Shown here in pieces: positions 27,909 to 38,359 of a stretch of DNA of 64,000 nt. The stretch comes from an uncultured Nitrospiraceae bacterium (GTDB lineage: Bacteria; Nitrospirota; Thermodesulfovibrionia; Thermodesulfovibrionales; SM23-35). Both the position numbers and the translations under genes were made by a program. The stretch lies in NCBI GenBank assembly GCA_963727775.1, contig CAVSHB010000001.1:1184001-1248000 (forward strand), read 5' to 3'. The notes beneath the pieces are model-generated. The model was not told where the DNA came from. It saw only the letters and a list, made by a program, of their open reading frames with translations, and made no database searches. Every line of letters begins with the position of its first letter. Positions within the stretch are counted from its first letter, which is position 1.

Positions 27909-28826
27909 ATGATGCACAAGGTAGGATTCGTTTATAGCGACGTTATGCTGAAGCATGAACCGCCACCCTGGCACCCTGAAAGAAGGGACCGTTTAGTATG
28001 GATTATCAACAGACTGAAAAGTTCGGGATTATGGGAAAGGCTGGTCCATATCGAGCCTGCAAGGGCCGGGCTTGACGATATTGCCCTTGTCCATACACGT
28101 AAACATATAGAAGCAATAAGGACATTTGGTGAAGGAAGTTTGGACCCGGACACATATACTTCCAAAGACAGTATGGAAGCGGCGCTGTACGCAGCCGGCT
28201 CTGTTTTAACGGCTGTGGAGATGTGTAAGCGCGATGGAATCAGGAGATCCTTTTGTGCTGTCCGTCCGCCGGGGCATCACGCGGAAGCGGACCGGTCAAT
28301 GGGGTTCTGTCTCTTTAACAACGTGGCGATCGGAGCAAGATTTGCGCAAAAAACAGGCTACAAGAAGGTATTCATTGTTGATTTCGACGCGCACCACGGA
28401 AACGGAACACAACATATTTTTGAAGAGGACAATACCGTCTTTTATTTCAGTACGCACCAGTATCCGTATTACCCCGACTCGGGAAAAGATTCCGAGAGAG
28501 GGAAGGTAAAAGGGGAGGGATATACCTATAACGTGCAGATATTGAAGGGTTCCGGCGACAAGGAATATCTGAGTGTTTATCAGGATATTTTACCGGACCT
28601 TGTAAGGAGGTTCGGTCCTGATCTTATCCTTGTCTCAGCCGGCTATGATATCCATGTTAAGGACCCCCATGCGGACATCAGGGTCACCGGTGAAGGGGTA
28701 AGGAGCATTGTGCAAAGCATTCTCACTTCTTCGTCCTGCCCCGTGATATTTACCCTTGAAGGCGGGTATGACCTGGAGGCCCTTGCAGAGTCCGTCAGCA
28801 TCAGCATCGAGAAGATGCTTGCCTAA
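27909..28826 (+). CDS. Histone deacetylase family protein
   Basis: RPPGHHA, GFCLFNN, DFDAHHGNGT, LEGGY. Confidence 0.93.
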   Translation: MMHKVGFVYSDVMLKHEPPPWHPERRDRLVWIINRLKSSGLWERLVHIEPARAGLDDIALVHTRKHIEAIRTFGEGSLDPDTYTSKDSMEAALYAAGSVLTAVEMCKRDGIRRSFCAVRPPGHHAEADRSMGFCLFNNVAIGARFAQKTGYKKVFIVDFDAHHGNGTQHIFEEDNTVFYFSTHQYPYYPDSGKDSERGKVKGEGYTYNVQILKGSGDKEYLSVYQDILPDLVRRFGPDLILVSAGYDIHVKDPHADIRVTGEGVRSIVQSILTSSSCPVIFTLEGGYDLEALAESVSISIEKMLA

Positions 28827-28866
28827 TGATTAATGAGAACTATAGGAGCTACCGAAGGCATAGAGT

Positions 28867-29289
28867 GTGATAATAACAAAGTCTGTTCTGATCAATTCGA
28901 CGATAGAAAAAGTCTGGGAAACGTTTGTTGATCCGGGTTGCTGGCCATACTGGAACACTGTTATGAAAGATGTGAGTGCTGATGGGCATTCATTTGTGAA
29001 TGGGTCATGTTTTAGGTGCAAGTTCCTATTTTTCTTTCCGATAAAGATGATTATCAAGATTGAGCAAATAGTTCCATATTCACGCGTTACATGGTCTTCA
29101 AAGAAATGTGGACTGTCTGCGCGGCATGAATTCTTTTTCCGGGCGGACGGGGACGGAGTTTTCGTTACAAGCAAAGAAGCTTTTTCGGGATTACTTGCAG
29201 CGGGTTCAGGTTTTTTGCTTCCCGTACAAAGAATGCACGACCTGACGCAAATATTTTTGAGGGACCTGAAAAAGGCATGCGAAAAATAA
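28867..29289 (+). CDS. SRPBCC family protein
   Basis: SVLINSTIEKVW...WPYWN...E.FSG...LKKACE pattern. Confidence 0.75.
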   Translation: MIITKSVLINSTIEKVWETFVDPGCWPYWNTVMKDVSADGHSFVNGSCFRCKFLFFFPIKMIIKIEQIVPYSRVTWSSKKCGLSARHEFFFRADGDGVFVTSKEAFSGLLAAGSGFLLPVQRMHDLTQIFLRDLKKACEK

Positions 29290-29345
29290 TTTTGATATAC
29301 TCTTATTACAACAGATTTTTATAACGATATGTGGCTTTAGCGATT

Positions 29346-29729
29346 ATGCAGAAAGAAAAAATAAGGATAACAGTTAAAGACGTTACTCTGGATGCCGAGC
29401 TTTTTGAGACGAAAACCGCGAGGGCTGTTGCAGATGCCCTGCCGATAGAAACGATTACTGAGAAATGGGGAGATGAGTTCTATTTTGAGATTCCCGTTGA
29501 GATGCCGCTGGATGAAACAGCAACGACAAAGGTTAAAGTCGGCGATATAGGTTATTGGCCTCCGGGAAACGCGCTGGCGATATTCTTTGGGCCAACTCCG
29601 ATAAGCAAAGGCTTTGAACCTGTTCCTGCAAGTGATGTAAATATCGTAGGAAAGATCCTTGGAGATGCAACTGTCCTGAAGAAAGTAAACGGCGCAGGCA
29701 AAATCAGGATAGAAAAGGCTTTGCGATAA
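29346..29729 (+). CDS. Cyclophilin-like fold protein
   Basis: WGDEFYF, GDIGYWPPGNALAIFFGPTP. Confidence 0.85.
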   Translation: MQKEKIRITVKDVTLDAELFETKTARAVADALPIETITEKWGDEFYFEIPVEMPLDETATTKVKVGDIGYWPPGNALAIFFGPTPISKGFEPVPASDVNIVGKILGDATVLKKVNGAGKIRIEKALR

Positions 29730-29767
29730 AAGCATCATGGTGTCCCGATTATGAGAAAATTTTATCT

Positions 29768-30589
29768 ATGAAAATATTCGTCTATATCTTTCTTTTTCTA
29801 TCGTTATCGCTGTTGAATGATGCATGCGCGGTTCAAAATAACGATGACGAAGACTGGGTAAAGGAAAAATTAGGGAGATATATCCCCCCTGATATAAGAC
29901 TTAGTGACGAAAACGGAACAAAGGTAAATTTAAAAAATATTATTGACAAGCCTGCCGTTCTTATCTTTGTTTATTATAGCTGCAGCCATCTTTGCCCCCA
30001 GGTGCTCGGTGGACTTGCTGAAGAGATAACCGGCTTAAAACTTGTTCCTGGCAAGGACTATGAAATCATAACGATAAGTTTTGATGATAAAGATACCCCT
30101 GAAACCGCGCGCGTTGTAAAGAATAATTATATTAAGGCGATCAACAGACCTTTTCCCGAAGACGCATGGAAGTTTTTGACAGGGGACAAAGAAAATATAG
30201 ACAAAACTACTAACGCGGTTGGTTTCACTTTCCGGGAAAAAGCGCACGGATTTGTTCATCCCGTTGTGGCTGTAATACTTTCTCCTGAAGGAAAGATATC
30301 CGGCTATCTTCATGTTTCAAAATATGCGTACGGATCAGCTTATCCGGTAACTTTCTCATCATATGACCTTGTATCTGCGCTCAATAGGGCTTCGATGGGA
30401 AAAATCAGCACAGAAATCAGAAAATCTGTGCTTTATTGTTTTCCACACGAGCCGGAAGGACAAAAAAAATATTTCCGGTTATTGAAAGTAGCAGGGACTA
30501 TAACATTGGCTTTAATACTTTGTTTCTTTATATATTTGAGGTCAACAGCAAAGAAGCATGATAAAGGGGGTGAAAGGCTTGGACAATAA
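29768..30589 (+). CDS. SCO1/SenC family copper chaperone
   Basis: YYSCSHLC (CxxxC), HP motif, C-terminal TM helix; heads the cox operon. Confidence 0.9.
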   Translation: MKIFVYIFLFLSLSLLNDACAVQNNDDEDWVKEKLGRYIPPDIRLSDENGTKVNLKNIIDKPAVLIFVYYSCSHLCPQVLGGLAEEITGLKLVPGKDYEIITISFDDKDTPETARVVKNNYIKAINRPFPEDAWKFLTGDKENIDKTTNAVGFTFREKAHGFVHPVVAVILSPEGKISGYLHVSKYAYGSAYPVTFSSYDLVSALNRASMGKISTEIRKSVLYCFPHEPEGQKKYFRLLKVAGTITLALILCFFIYLRSTAKKHDKGGERLGQ

Positions 30590-32171
30590 TACAACGGGAG
30601 AAGCCGGCTTTTACAAAGAAACAAGTAAATACCGTGGGATACTTTCCTGGATAATGTCGACTGACCACAAGAGGATAGGGATACAGTATCTCGCCGCCCT
30701 TATCACTTTCTTCTCGATAGGCGTTATCCTCGGACTGCTAATACGCCTCAATCTGATTGCTCCGGGAAAGATAATGGGGCCTCAGACATACAATCAGATA
30801 TTTTCGACCCACGGGATACTTATGATATTTCTCTTTATCATCCCCGGTATCCCCGTTGCTTTCGGGAATTTCTTTCTGCCGATCATGATCGGTGCAAGGG
30901 ATGTTGCATTCCCGCGGCTTAACCGTTTTACCTGGTGGCTTTATATCACAGGCGCGGCAATCATAGCCCTCTCTTTGTTTATTAAGGGAGGTCCACCGGA
31001 TACCGGATGGACATTTTATGCGCCCTACAGCATCCGGACACAGGCCAATATATCGCTCGCTGTCCTCGGGGTCTTTGTCCTCGGGTTCTCTTCGATACTC
31101 ACAGGCCTTAATTTTATAACCACGATTCACCGTCTCAGGGCCCCCGGAATGACATGGTTCAGTATGCCGCTCTTTGTTTGGACCCTTTATGCGACCGGCT
31201 GGGTCCAGTTATTGGCCACGCCTGTCCTTGCCATCACCCTTGTTTTCATCGTCCTCGGCAGGGTCTTCGGGGTAGGATTTTTTGATCCTTCAAAGGGGGG
31301 AGATCCAATCCTTTATGAGCACCTCTTTTGGACATATTCACATCCTGCGGTTTACATCATGGTGTTGCCCGCTATGGGTGTGATCAGCCAGATCATGCCG
31401 GTCTTTTCAAGGAAGAATATATTCGGGTATAAGGCAATTGTATTATCTGCTTTGGGGATCGCGAGTGTCGGCTATTTTGTATGGGGACACCATATGTTTA
31501 CAAGCGGGATGAGCGATACCGCACGCATAATTTTTTCTTTCATCACGTTTTTGGTTGCCGTCCCGTCGGGTGTCAAAATCTTCAATTGGGTTGCAACCAT
31601 GTACAAAGGCTCTATTGTGGTGAACGCTCCCCTTTTGTTCGCCCTGTCATTTATTTTTCTGTTTTCCATAGGAGGTCTCACAGGACTGATAATCGGGTCG
31701 CTTGCGCCGAACCTGCACCTGCACGGTACATATTTTATCGTGGCCCATTTCCATTATGTTATGTTCGGAGGCGCAGGCATGGCCTTTCTTGCGGGGCTGC
31801 ATTACTGGTTTCCGAAGATGTTCGGAAAGATGTACAAGGAGAGACCTGCTAAAATCGGATTGCTGATACTTTTTTTAGGGTTTAATATGCTCTATTTCAG
31901 TATGTTTGTACTGGGGTACAACGGTATGCCGAGGAGATACTTTGATTATCCCCCTCAATATTTTACGGGCCATCTTATATCTACGGTAGGTTCGTGGATA
32001 CTTGCAGTCGGCCTTGCGATTATATTTGTAAATTTGATCAGGGCCTTATTCAGGGGTGAAAAGGCGCCGGATAATCCCTGGGGCGGAAGATCTTTGGAAT
32101 GGATGATTTCTTCACCCCCGCCAACTGAAAATTTCAAGGAAATTCCTGTTATCAAGGACATCTCGGACTGA
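30579..32171 (+). CDS. ctaD: Cytochrome c oxidase subunit I (A2 type)
   Basis: DHKRIG, GWTFYAP, WTYSHPAVY, WGHHM, AHFHY, GMPRRY. Start TTG at 30579 (alternative ATG at 30558). Confidence 0.95.
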   Translation: MDNNTTGEAGFYKETSKYRGILSWIMSTDHKRIGIQYLAALITFFSIGVILGLLIRLNLIAPGKIMGPQTYNQIFSTHGILMIFLFIIPGIPVAFGNFFLPIMIGARDVAFPRLNRFTWWLYITGAAIIALSLFIKGGPPDTGWTFYAPYSIRTQANISLAVLGVFVLGFSSILTGLNFITTIHRLRAPGMTWFSMPLFVWTLYATGWVQLLATPVLAITLVFIVLGRVFGVGFFDPSKGGDPILYEHLFWTYSHPAVYIMVLPAMGVISQIMPVFSRKNIFGYKAIVLSALGIASVGYFVWGHHMFTSGMSDTARIIFSFITFLVAVPSGVKIFNWVATMYKGSIVVNAPLLFALSFIFLFSIGGLTGLIIGSLAPNLHLHGTYFIVAHFHYVMFGGAGMAFLAGLHYWFPKMFGKMYKERPAKIGLLILFLGFNMLYFSMFVLGYNGMPRRYFDYPPQYFTGHLISTVGSWILAVGLAIIFVNLIRALFRGEKAPDNPWGGRSLEWMISSPPPTENFKEIPVIKDISD

Positions 32172-32194
32172 TATGAAAATGTAATGGAGACGCT

Positions 32195-32803
32195 TTGGAG
32201 ATAGAAAAGATCCAGCGTATTGATTATACGGGTAAAAAGCTCGGGATGTGGTTCTTCCTCTTTACAGAACTTCTATTTTTCGGGGGGATGTTTCTCCTCT
32301 ATTCGGTTTACCGGTATAGATACCCGGCAGATTTCCATGCTGCCGCGATGGATGAAAATCTGGTCATAGGGTCAATAAATACAGCGATACTCCTCACGAG
32401 CAGTTTATCGATCGCGCTCTCCATATCCGCCGTTAAGAAGGGAAAAAAGAATTTGTCCGTCCTGTTTCAGGCCGCAACGATTCTCTGCGGTATCATTTTT
32501 ATTGTCAATAAATACTTTGAGTGGACAGAGAAGATTTTTAAAGGGATTTATCCTAATTCATATTTAATGCTTCAGCAAGGTAAGGGTAAGATACTTTATT
32601 TCAGTCTCTATTACGTAATGACGGGTATTCACGGGCTGCATGTTTTGATCGGTATCGTCGTAATAACTTTTATGGTTGTTTTTACTTTAAGAGAAGTCAT
32701 AACCATGGAAAATATTTCAAAACTTGAAAACACGGGGCTTTACTGGCACTTTGTGGACATCGTATGGATTTATCTCTTCCCGCTCTTCTATTTGATAACG
32801 TGA
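32195..32803 (+). CDS. ctaE: Cytochrome c oxidase subunit III
   Basis: GMWFFLFTE, TGIHGLHV, YWHFVDIVW. Confidence 0.93.
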   Translation: MEIEKIQRIDYTGKKLGMWFFLFTELLFFGGMFLLYSVYRYRYPADFHAAAMDENLVIGSINTAILLTSSLSIALSISAVKKGKKNLSVLFQAATILCGIIFIVNKYFEWTEKIFKGIYPNSYLMLQQGKGKILYFSLYYVMTGIHGLHVLIGIVVITFMVVFTLREVITMENISKLENTGLYWHFVDIVWIYLFPLFYLIT

Positions 32804-32820
32804 TACAGCCAAAGCAACAG

Positions 32821-33126
32821 ATGGAGAAAGAGATAGATATGCAAAGGGAGATGGACACACGCATAGTAGCAAACAAGACGTATATATATGTCTGGGGTGC
32901 ATTATTGCTTCTGCTTGGAATAACCATTGTAGCGGCAAAGGTATATTTATCGAGGTACAGCGTGGTTATTAACCTGTTCATAGCTTCAATAAAGGCATTC
33001 TTGGTCCTCATGTTTTTCATGCACCTGAAATATGAGGGATGGTTTTTAAAAAGTCTGGTCTTCCTTACGATTGCGGCCTTAACTCTCATAATAGCCCTTA
33101 CATTTTCTGACGTGTGGTTCAGGTGA
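32821..33126 (+). CDS. ctaF: Cytochrome c oxidase subunit IV
   Basis: IASIKAFLVLMFFMHLKYE; start uncertain. Confidence 0.85.
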   Translation: MEKEIDMQREMDTRIVANKTYIYVWGALLLLLGITIVAAKVYLSRYSVVINLFIASIKAFLVLMFFMHLKYEGWFLKSLVFLTIAALTLIIALTFSDVWFR

Positions 33127-33134
33127 GTTGGACA

Positions 33135-34031
33135 ATGTTTTGGGGACCTTCTAATACAGCGGGAAAGGTTGATACCGCGTTTCTGTTTATAGTTGCAGCC
33201 TGCGTTTTTCTGCTTGCGGTGGTCACTTTTGTTATGGTTTTCTTTTTGATCAAATATAACAGAAACAGACATCCGCAGCACGAGGAAGTGAAAGAGAGCG
33301 TCCTCCTTGAAATAATATGGACAGTTATCCCGACTATACTCGTTCTTCTGATGTTTTATTTCGGATGGGTAGATTTCGATTACATTCGCAACTCTCCCAA
33401 AGACGCCATGCCTGTTAATGTAATCGCGCGACAATGGTCCTGGCTATTTCAGTATGAAAACGGGAAACAGAGCGATTTGCTCAGGGTCCCTCTCAATAAA
33501 CCTGTAAAGCTTATTCTCACATCTCAGGATGTTATCCATAGTCTGTATATTCCCGCATACAGGATAAAAGAGGATTGTGTGCCGGGGATGAAGACCCATC
33601 TCTGGTTTACTGCGACCCAAACCGGCTCATATGACATTTTCTGCACGGAATATTGTGGAGTGGGACATTCACACATGCTTTCAAAAGTCATTGTAATGTC
33701 CGGTAGTGATTTTGCGGAGTGGTATAAAAGCGCAGGGGGGCCCGGAGAAAAAGTCCTTAAGTTATTGCAGGAGAAAGGCTGTATCGGATGTCACAGCACA
33801 GACGGCTCCCGGAAAACAGGACCGACGCTGAAGGGTATTTTCGGGACAAAGGTGACCGTGCTGACGAACGGGAAAGAAATAGAGATTATAGTCAATGAAG
33901 AATATCTTAAAAAATCAATCCTTGAGCCAGGGGCTGACGTTGTAAGAGGCTATCAGAATATCATGCCGGCCATTCCTGTAACGAAAGAAGAATTAGAGGA
34001 GATCACCGATTACATCGAGAGTCTTAAGTGA
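33135..34031 (+). CDS. ctaC: Cytochrome c oxidase subunit II with fused cytochrome c
   Basis: LEIIWTVIP, DVIHS, CTEYCGVGHSHM (CuA), CIGCH. Confidence 0.93.
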   Translation: MFWGPSNTAGKVDTAFLFIVAACVFLLAVVTFVMVFFLIKYNRNRHPQHEEVKESVLLEIIWTVIPTILVLLMFYFGWVDFDYIRNSPKDAMPVNVIARQWSWLFQYENGKQSDLLRVPLNKPVKLILTSQDVIHSLYIPAYRIKEDCVPGMKTHLWFTATQTGSYDIFCTEYCGVGHSHMLSKVIVMSGSDFAEWYKSAGGPGEKVLKLLQEKGCIGCHSTDGSRKTGPTLKGIFGTKVTVLTNGKEIEIIVNEEYLKKSILEPGADVVRGYQNIMPAIPVTKEELEEITDYIESLK

Positions 34032-34927
34032 CGGCTATAATGGAACGCATAAAGACGTATCTTGAGCTCTGTAAGTTGAAGATATCACTCCTGACGGTAT
34101 TTTCAGCGCTCGCAGGATTTTTAATTGTTTCTTCCGGCCTCGGGATAAGGATAGTCGTCATGGCTGCCGGAGTGTTTTCCCTTTCCTGCGGTTCCTGCGC
34201 ATTAAATCAGTACCAGGACAGAGATATTGATGCGCTTATGGGCAGGACGAAGAAAAGACCTATCCCTTCGAGCAGGATCGTTCCCATATTCGCACTGTAT
34301 TTTTCAATTATACTAATAGCGATTGGAGCATTCGCTCTTTATTCGGCAGGCGGTTTTCGATCATCCGTGCCCGGATTGTGTGCGATGGTATGGTATAACG
34401 GCGTCTATACATACCTGAAAAGGAAAAGCGCTTTTGCAGTTATACCGGGCGCGTTAGTCGGAGCTGTACCTCCCGCCATCGGTTGGGTTACAGGAGGAGG
34501 TATGCATATAAATATTGGAATATCAGCGCTATGCTTTTTTTGCTTCATGTGGCAGATTCCCCATTTCTGGCTGCTCCTTCTCCATTATGGAGACGACTAT
34601 AAAAAGGCGGGGCTACCTTCTTTGGCAGGAGTATTTACCGGCGCACAGTTAGAGAGGATTATCCGTCAATGGATATTTGCTGTTTCTTTGAGCTGTTTAT
34701 TTATTACCTTGCGTGGCATTACATTTCCCGTTTTAAAAATAGCCATCCTCGCATTGTCATGCGGGCTTGTCTATACGGGGATAAGTTTTTTACGGGGAAG
34801 CGAATATAACAGGGGGCTGATTTTTACGAGAATTAATATGTACATGACCACGGTTTTATTTTTTATAATGATCGACAAGCTTGTCCGGATTGGGATACCG
34901 GTGAAAATACTTCAGGCGTTCGTGTAA
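34028..34927 (+). CDS. ctaB: Protoheme IX farnesyltransferase
   Basis: NQYQDRDIDALMGRTKKRPIP, WQIPHF. Confidence 0.9.
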   Translation: MTAIMERIKTYLELCKLKISLLTVFSALAGFLIVSSGLGIRIVVMAAGVFSLSCGSCALNQYQDRDIDALMGRTKKRPIPSSRIVPIFALYFSIILIAIGAFALYSAGGFRSSVPGLCAMVWYNGVYTYLKRKSAFAVIPGALVGAVPPAIGWVTGGGMHINIGISALCFFCFMWQIPHFWLLLLHYGDDYKKAGLPSLAGVFTGAQLERIIRQWIFAVSLSCLFITLRGITFPVLKIAILALSCGLVYTGISFLRGSEYNRGLIFTRINMYMTTVLFFIMIDKLVRIGIPVKILQAFV

Positions 34928-34995
34928 CATGAAAAAATGAATTGTATGCCCATATTGTTTTTTACTATTATTGTTTAAAGAGGAAAGGAGGAAAA

Positions 34996-35325
34996 ATGAA
35001 AAAGTTTTTTGTATTAACAGTTTTAACAGGTCTGTTGTGTGTGTCGGTAATGGTATGCTACGGAAAGGAATCCGCCAAGAGTGAATCGGGTGAGGCATTG
35101 TTTAAACACCATTGTGCGGTCTGTCACCCTGATGGCGGTAATATAATTAATCCTGATAAAACCCTGCATAAAAAGAGCCTAAAGGTAAACAATATCAAAA
35201 AAGCCCAGGATATTATAAATAAGATGAGAAACCCGGGACCGGGCATGACAAAGTTTGACGAAAAAACCATACCTGATAAGGACGCAAAAAGGATAGCAGA
35301 GTATATTCTGAAGAGCTTCAAATAG
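34996..35325 (+). CDS. Monoheme cytochrome c (c6/OmcF-like)
   Basis: Signal peptide, CAVCH, PGPGM; AGGAGG RBS. Confidence 0.9.
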   Translation: MKKFFVLTVLTGLLCVSVMVCYGKESAKSESGEALFKHHCAVCHPDGGNIINPDKTLHKKSLKVNNIKKAQDIINKMRNPGPGMTKFDEKTIPDKDAKRIAEYILKSFK

Positions 35326-35554
35326 AGAAACAAAACCATGCATGAAAGGGTGAACTGCTTCTTTCAGTAAGGTTTTATTCTGCATGGCTGTTTCTTTTTT
35401 ATGGCTGCGTATGATTTAAAACCACGCATCTAACCATGTTTTATCCTGTGTGGCCGGGTTAAAGATACATGGAGTATAAAATGCTTGGAAACAGGAAATA
35501 GAGGAAAGGGCAGGACGTTACTTTTCACTATCAATAAAGGAGGTCAGACGTTGT

Positions 35555-37000
35555 ATGTATCAACTGATATTTCACGATCAAAGTAAAAAAATGGGGCAGG
35601 GTGCGAAAATAAAGCGGAGAGACGTTAGATATGCAGGGCTTACGGTCTTGTTGACGACTTGTTTGCTCATTGCTTTGACTGCATATTCGGAGGCGGGTAT
35701 CGGAGAGAAGGTCTTCGAAAAAGTTTTACCCAACGGGCTCAAGGTAATTCTCCTGGAAAATCACAGGGCGCCGTTGCTCACTTTTCAGGTGTGGTACCGG
35801 GTGGGATCAAGGAATGAGGCCTGGGGGAAGACAGGCCTTTCACATATGCTCGAACATATGATGTTCAAAGGAACGGAAAAAGTCGGACCCGAAGAATTTT
35901 CCAGGATCATACAGGAGAATGGCGGAAATGATAACGCCTTTACGTCCGGTGATTTTACGGCATACTTCGAAAATATCAGCGCCGACCGGGTCCAGGTCGC
36001 CATCGATCTTGAAGCGGACAGGATGCAGAACCTTGTCTTAAATGAAAAGGATTTTGCTCCCGAGCGGCTGGTGGTGATGGAAGAAAGGAGGATGCGTACA
36101 GAGGACAATCCCCAGGCCTATTTTATGGAACAGGTTGAAGCAACCGCATTCCAGATTTCTCCTTATCACTGGCCTACAATCGGATGGAAAGAAGACATCG
36201 AACGCTTTACTCTCGATGACCTAAAGAAGCATTATAAGACTTACTATAACCCCGCTAATGCCTTTCTTGTCGTTGTCGGCGACTTTAGAAAAGATGATCT
36301 TCTTCCAAGGATCGAGAAAGCCTTCGGGAAAATACCAGGGGGAGCTACGCCGGATCAAAAAAGAGATACAGATTCGCCTCAGACAGGTGAACGCAGAATT
36401 ATCGTGAAGAGAGAGGCGGAACTTCTTTCCATTATGATGGGATACCACATACCGAATATGTCCGACCCTGACGCGTATGTGCTCGATGTAGCCGCCGCCC
36501 TGCTTTCGGAAGGTAAAAGCTCCAGGCTTTATCGGGACCTTGTATGGGAAAAAAGGCTTGTTCTCGATGCCGACGCGGACAATTCACTCCTGTCGCATGA
36601 CCCGGGTCTTTTTTCCCTGTCTGCGGAGCTTCTTCCGGGTAAAGATATAATTGACGTGGAGAAGGCGCTCAATCAGGAGATTGAACGTCTGCAGACAAAG
36701 CCGGTCACCGCATATGAACTCGAAAAAGCAAAGAACCAAATCGAGTCGGCTTTTGTTTCCGGACAGGATTCATTGTTTTCCCAGGCTATGCTTTTGGCAA
36801 GATACGAGATTGCGTCCGGATGGAAGAAGATTGATGACTATATCGCATCCGTCCGTAAAGTGACTGCTGATGACATAAAGCGTGTTTCCAATAAATACAT
36901 GGTTCCAGACAATTGTACTATAGGGATTCTTACGCCTTTGCCGTCAAAGGGGAAAAATACAACAGGTGGTTCTTCTCTCAAAGAGCAGATAATAAGGTAG
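35555..37000 (+). CDS. M16 family zinc peptidase (active subunit)
   Basis: GLSHMLEHMMFKG (HxxEH), NAFT, EERRMR. Confidence 0.92.
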   Translation: MYQLIFHDQSKKMGQGAKIKRRDVRYAGLTVLLTTCLLIALTAYSEAGIGEKVFEKVLPNGLKVILLENHRAPLLTFQVWYRVGSRNEAWGKTGLSHMLEHMMFKGTEKVGPEEFSRIIQENGGNDNAFTSGDFTAYFENISADRVQVAIDLEADRMQNLVLNEKDFAPERLVVMEERRMRTEDNPQAYFMEQVEATAFQISPYHWPTIGWKEDIERFTLDDLKKHYKTYYNPANAFLVVVGDFRKDDLLPRIEKAFGKIPGGATPDQKRDTDSPQTGERRIIVKREAELLSIMMGYHIPNMSDPDAYVLDVAAALLSEGKSSRLYRDLVWEKRLVLDADADNSLLSHDPGLFSLSAELLPGKDIIDVEKALNQEIERLQTKPVTAYELEKAKNQIESAFVSGQDSLFSQAMLLARYEIASGWKKIDDYIASVRKVTADDIKRVSNKYMVPDNCTIGILTPLPSKGKNTTGGSSLKEQIIR

Positions 37001-37012
37001 GAGGATTTTATA

Positions 37013-38353
37013 ATGCCAAGAAACATGCGATCTTTTTTTATGATTTTTATTCTTGTACTGATTGGTTTCAGTCTGACGGCAAATACTTCACAGGCAATGC
37101 AGCCGGTACAGAGGACAGTCCTTACCAATAAACTTGTCCTTCTATCCGGTGAAGAGCACTCAATCCCTCTGATAACGATACAGATTCTCATTGAAGCGGG
37201 CTCAAGAACGGATCCTGCAGGGGAAGAAGGTTTGGCCAATCTGACAGCAAACAGTCTTGTCCTCGGGACTTCTAAACATTCAATCAGTGAAATCAATGAT
37301 GAACTGGATTTTATGGGCGCCTCCCTCCATGCCTCGTGCGGCATGGATTTTATGACTTTGACTCTCCATGTTTTGAAAAAAGATCTGGATAAGGGATTAG
37401 ACCTCCTCATGGAAGTCTTAACACAGCCCTCCTTCCCTGATAAGGAACTTCAAAAAGAAGCAGAGAATACCATTGCGGGCATACAGTCGGATGAAGACAA
37501 ACCTATGTCGGTTGCGGAAAAGACTTTCAGAAAAACCCTTTTTCTGGACAGCCCTTACGCCCATCCGGTAGAAGGTACCAAAGAATCGATGTCAGCTATT
37601 ACCAGAACTTCGGTCATGAAACATTACCAGGCTTATTACCATCCGAATAACGCCATCCTTTCCGTTGCCGGGGACATCACCGGTGACGAAATACAGAATA
37701 AGCTGGTACCGCGTCTTTCAAAGTGGCCGGTTGTTGAAGTTCCGAAAAAGGAATTCACGCCTGTGTTTGCGAAAGGACAGGAAACAGTGAAGATAAGCCG
37801 CAATATCACACAGGCCAACATAATCATCGGACATGCCGGCGTCAGCAGGGGGAATCCCGACTTTTATGCGCTGTCTTTAATGAACTATATTCTTGGAGGC
37901 GGAGGGTTTGCTTCCAGGCTGCAGGAGGAAATAAGGAATAAAAGAGGGCTTGCCTATTCCGTTTCCAGTTTCTTTGAACCGGATAAGTATCCCGGCTCTT
38001 TCCAGATTGTTTTGCAAACGAAAAACACCTCTGCCAAAGAGGCCGTATCTTTGGCACTGCAAGAAATGGATAGGATGCAAAAGGAACAAGTCTCAGACAA
38101 AGAACTGGATAGCGCAAAAAAATATCTTATCGGAAGTTTCCCCATGCGGTTGGATACCCAGTCAAAGCTGGTCAATTTTCTCACACAGGTAGAGTACTAC
38201 GGGCTCGGCATAGATTACCCTGAAAAGTATCCGGCACTTATCGGGTCCGTCACAAAGGAAGATATCCTCAGGGTTGCCGGGACGTATCTCCATCCGAAAG
38301 AATATACACTTGTCATTGTGGCAAATCTGAAGGAAGCCGGATTCGATCAATAA
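37013..38353 (+). CDS. M16 family peptidase, non-catalytic partner
   Basis: No HxxEH; SRL...IR.KRGLAY motif; signal peptide. Confidence 0.88.
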   Translation: MPRNMRSFFMIFILVLIGFSLTANTSQAMQPVQRTVLTNKLVLLSGEEHSIPLITIQILIEAGSRTDPAGEEGLANLTANSLVLGTSKHSISEINDELDFMGASLHASCGMDFMTLTLHVLKKDLDKGLDLLMEVLTQPSFPDKELQKEAENTIAGIQSDEDKPMSVAEKTFRKTLFLDSPYAHPVEGTKESMSAITRTSVMKHYQAYYHPNNAILSVAGDITGDEIQNKLVPRLSKWPVVEVPKKEFTPVFAKGQETVKISRNITQANIIIGHAGVSRGNPDFYALSLMNYILGGGGFASRLQEEIRNKRGLAYSVSSFFEPDKYPGSFQIVLQTKNTSAKEAVSLALQEMDRMQKEQVSDKELDSAKKYLIGSFPMRLDTQSKLVNFLTQVEYYGLGIDYPEKYPALIGSVTKEDILRVAGTYLHPKEYTLVIVANLKEAGFDQ

Positions 38354-38359
38354 GAGCAG

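Noticed and set aside
35327..35400. Long imperfect stem after the cytochrome c gene as a riboswitch
   Set aside because: No recognisable aptamer motif; more simply a terminator-like hairpin.
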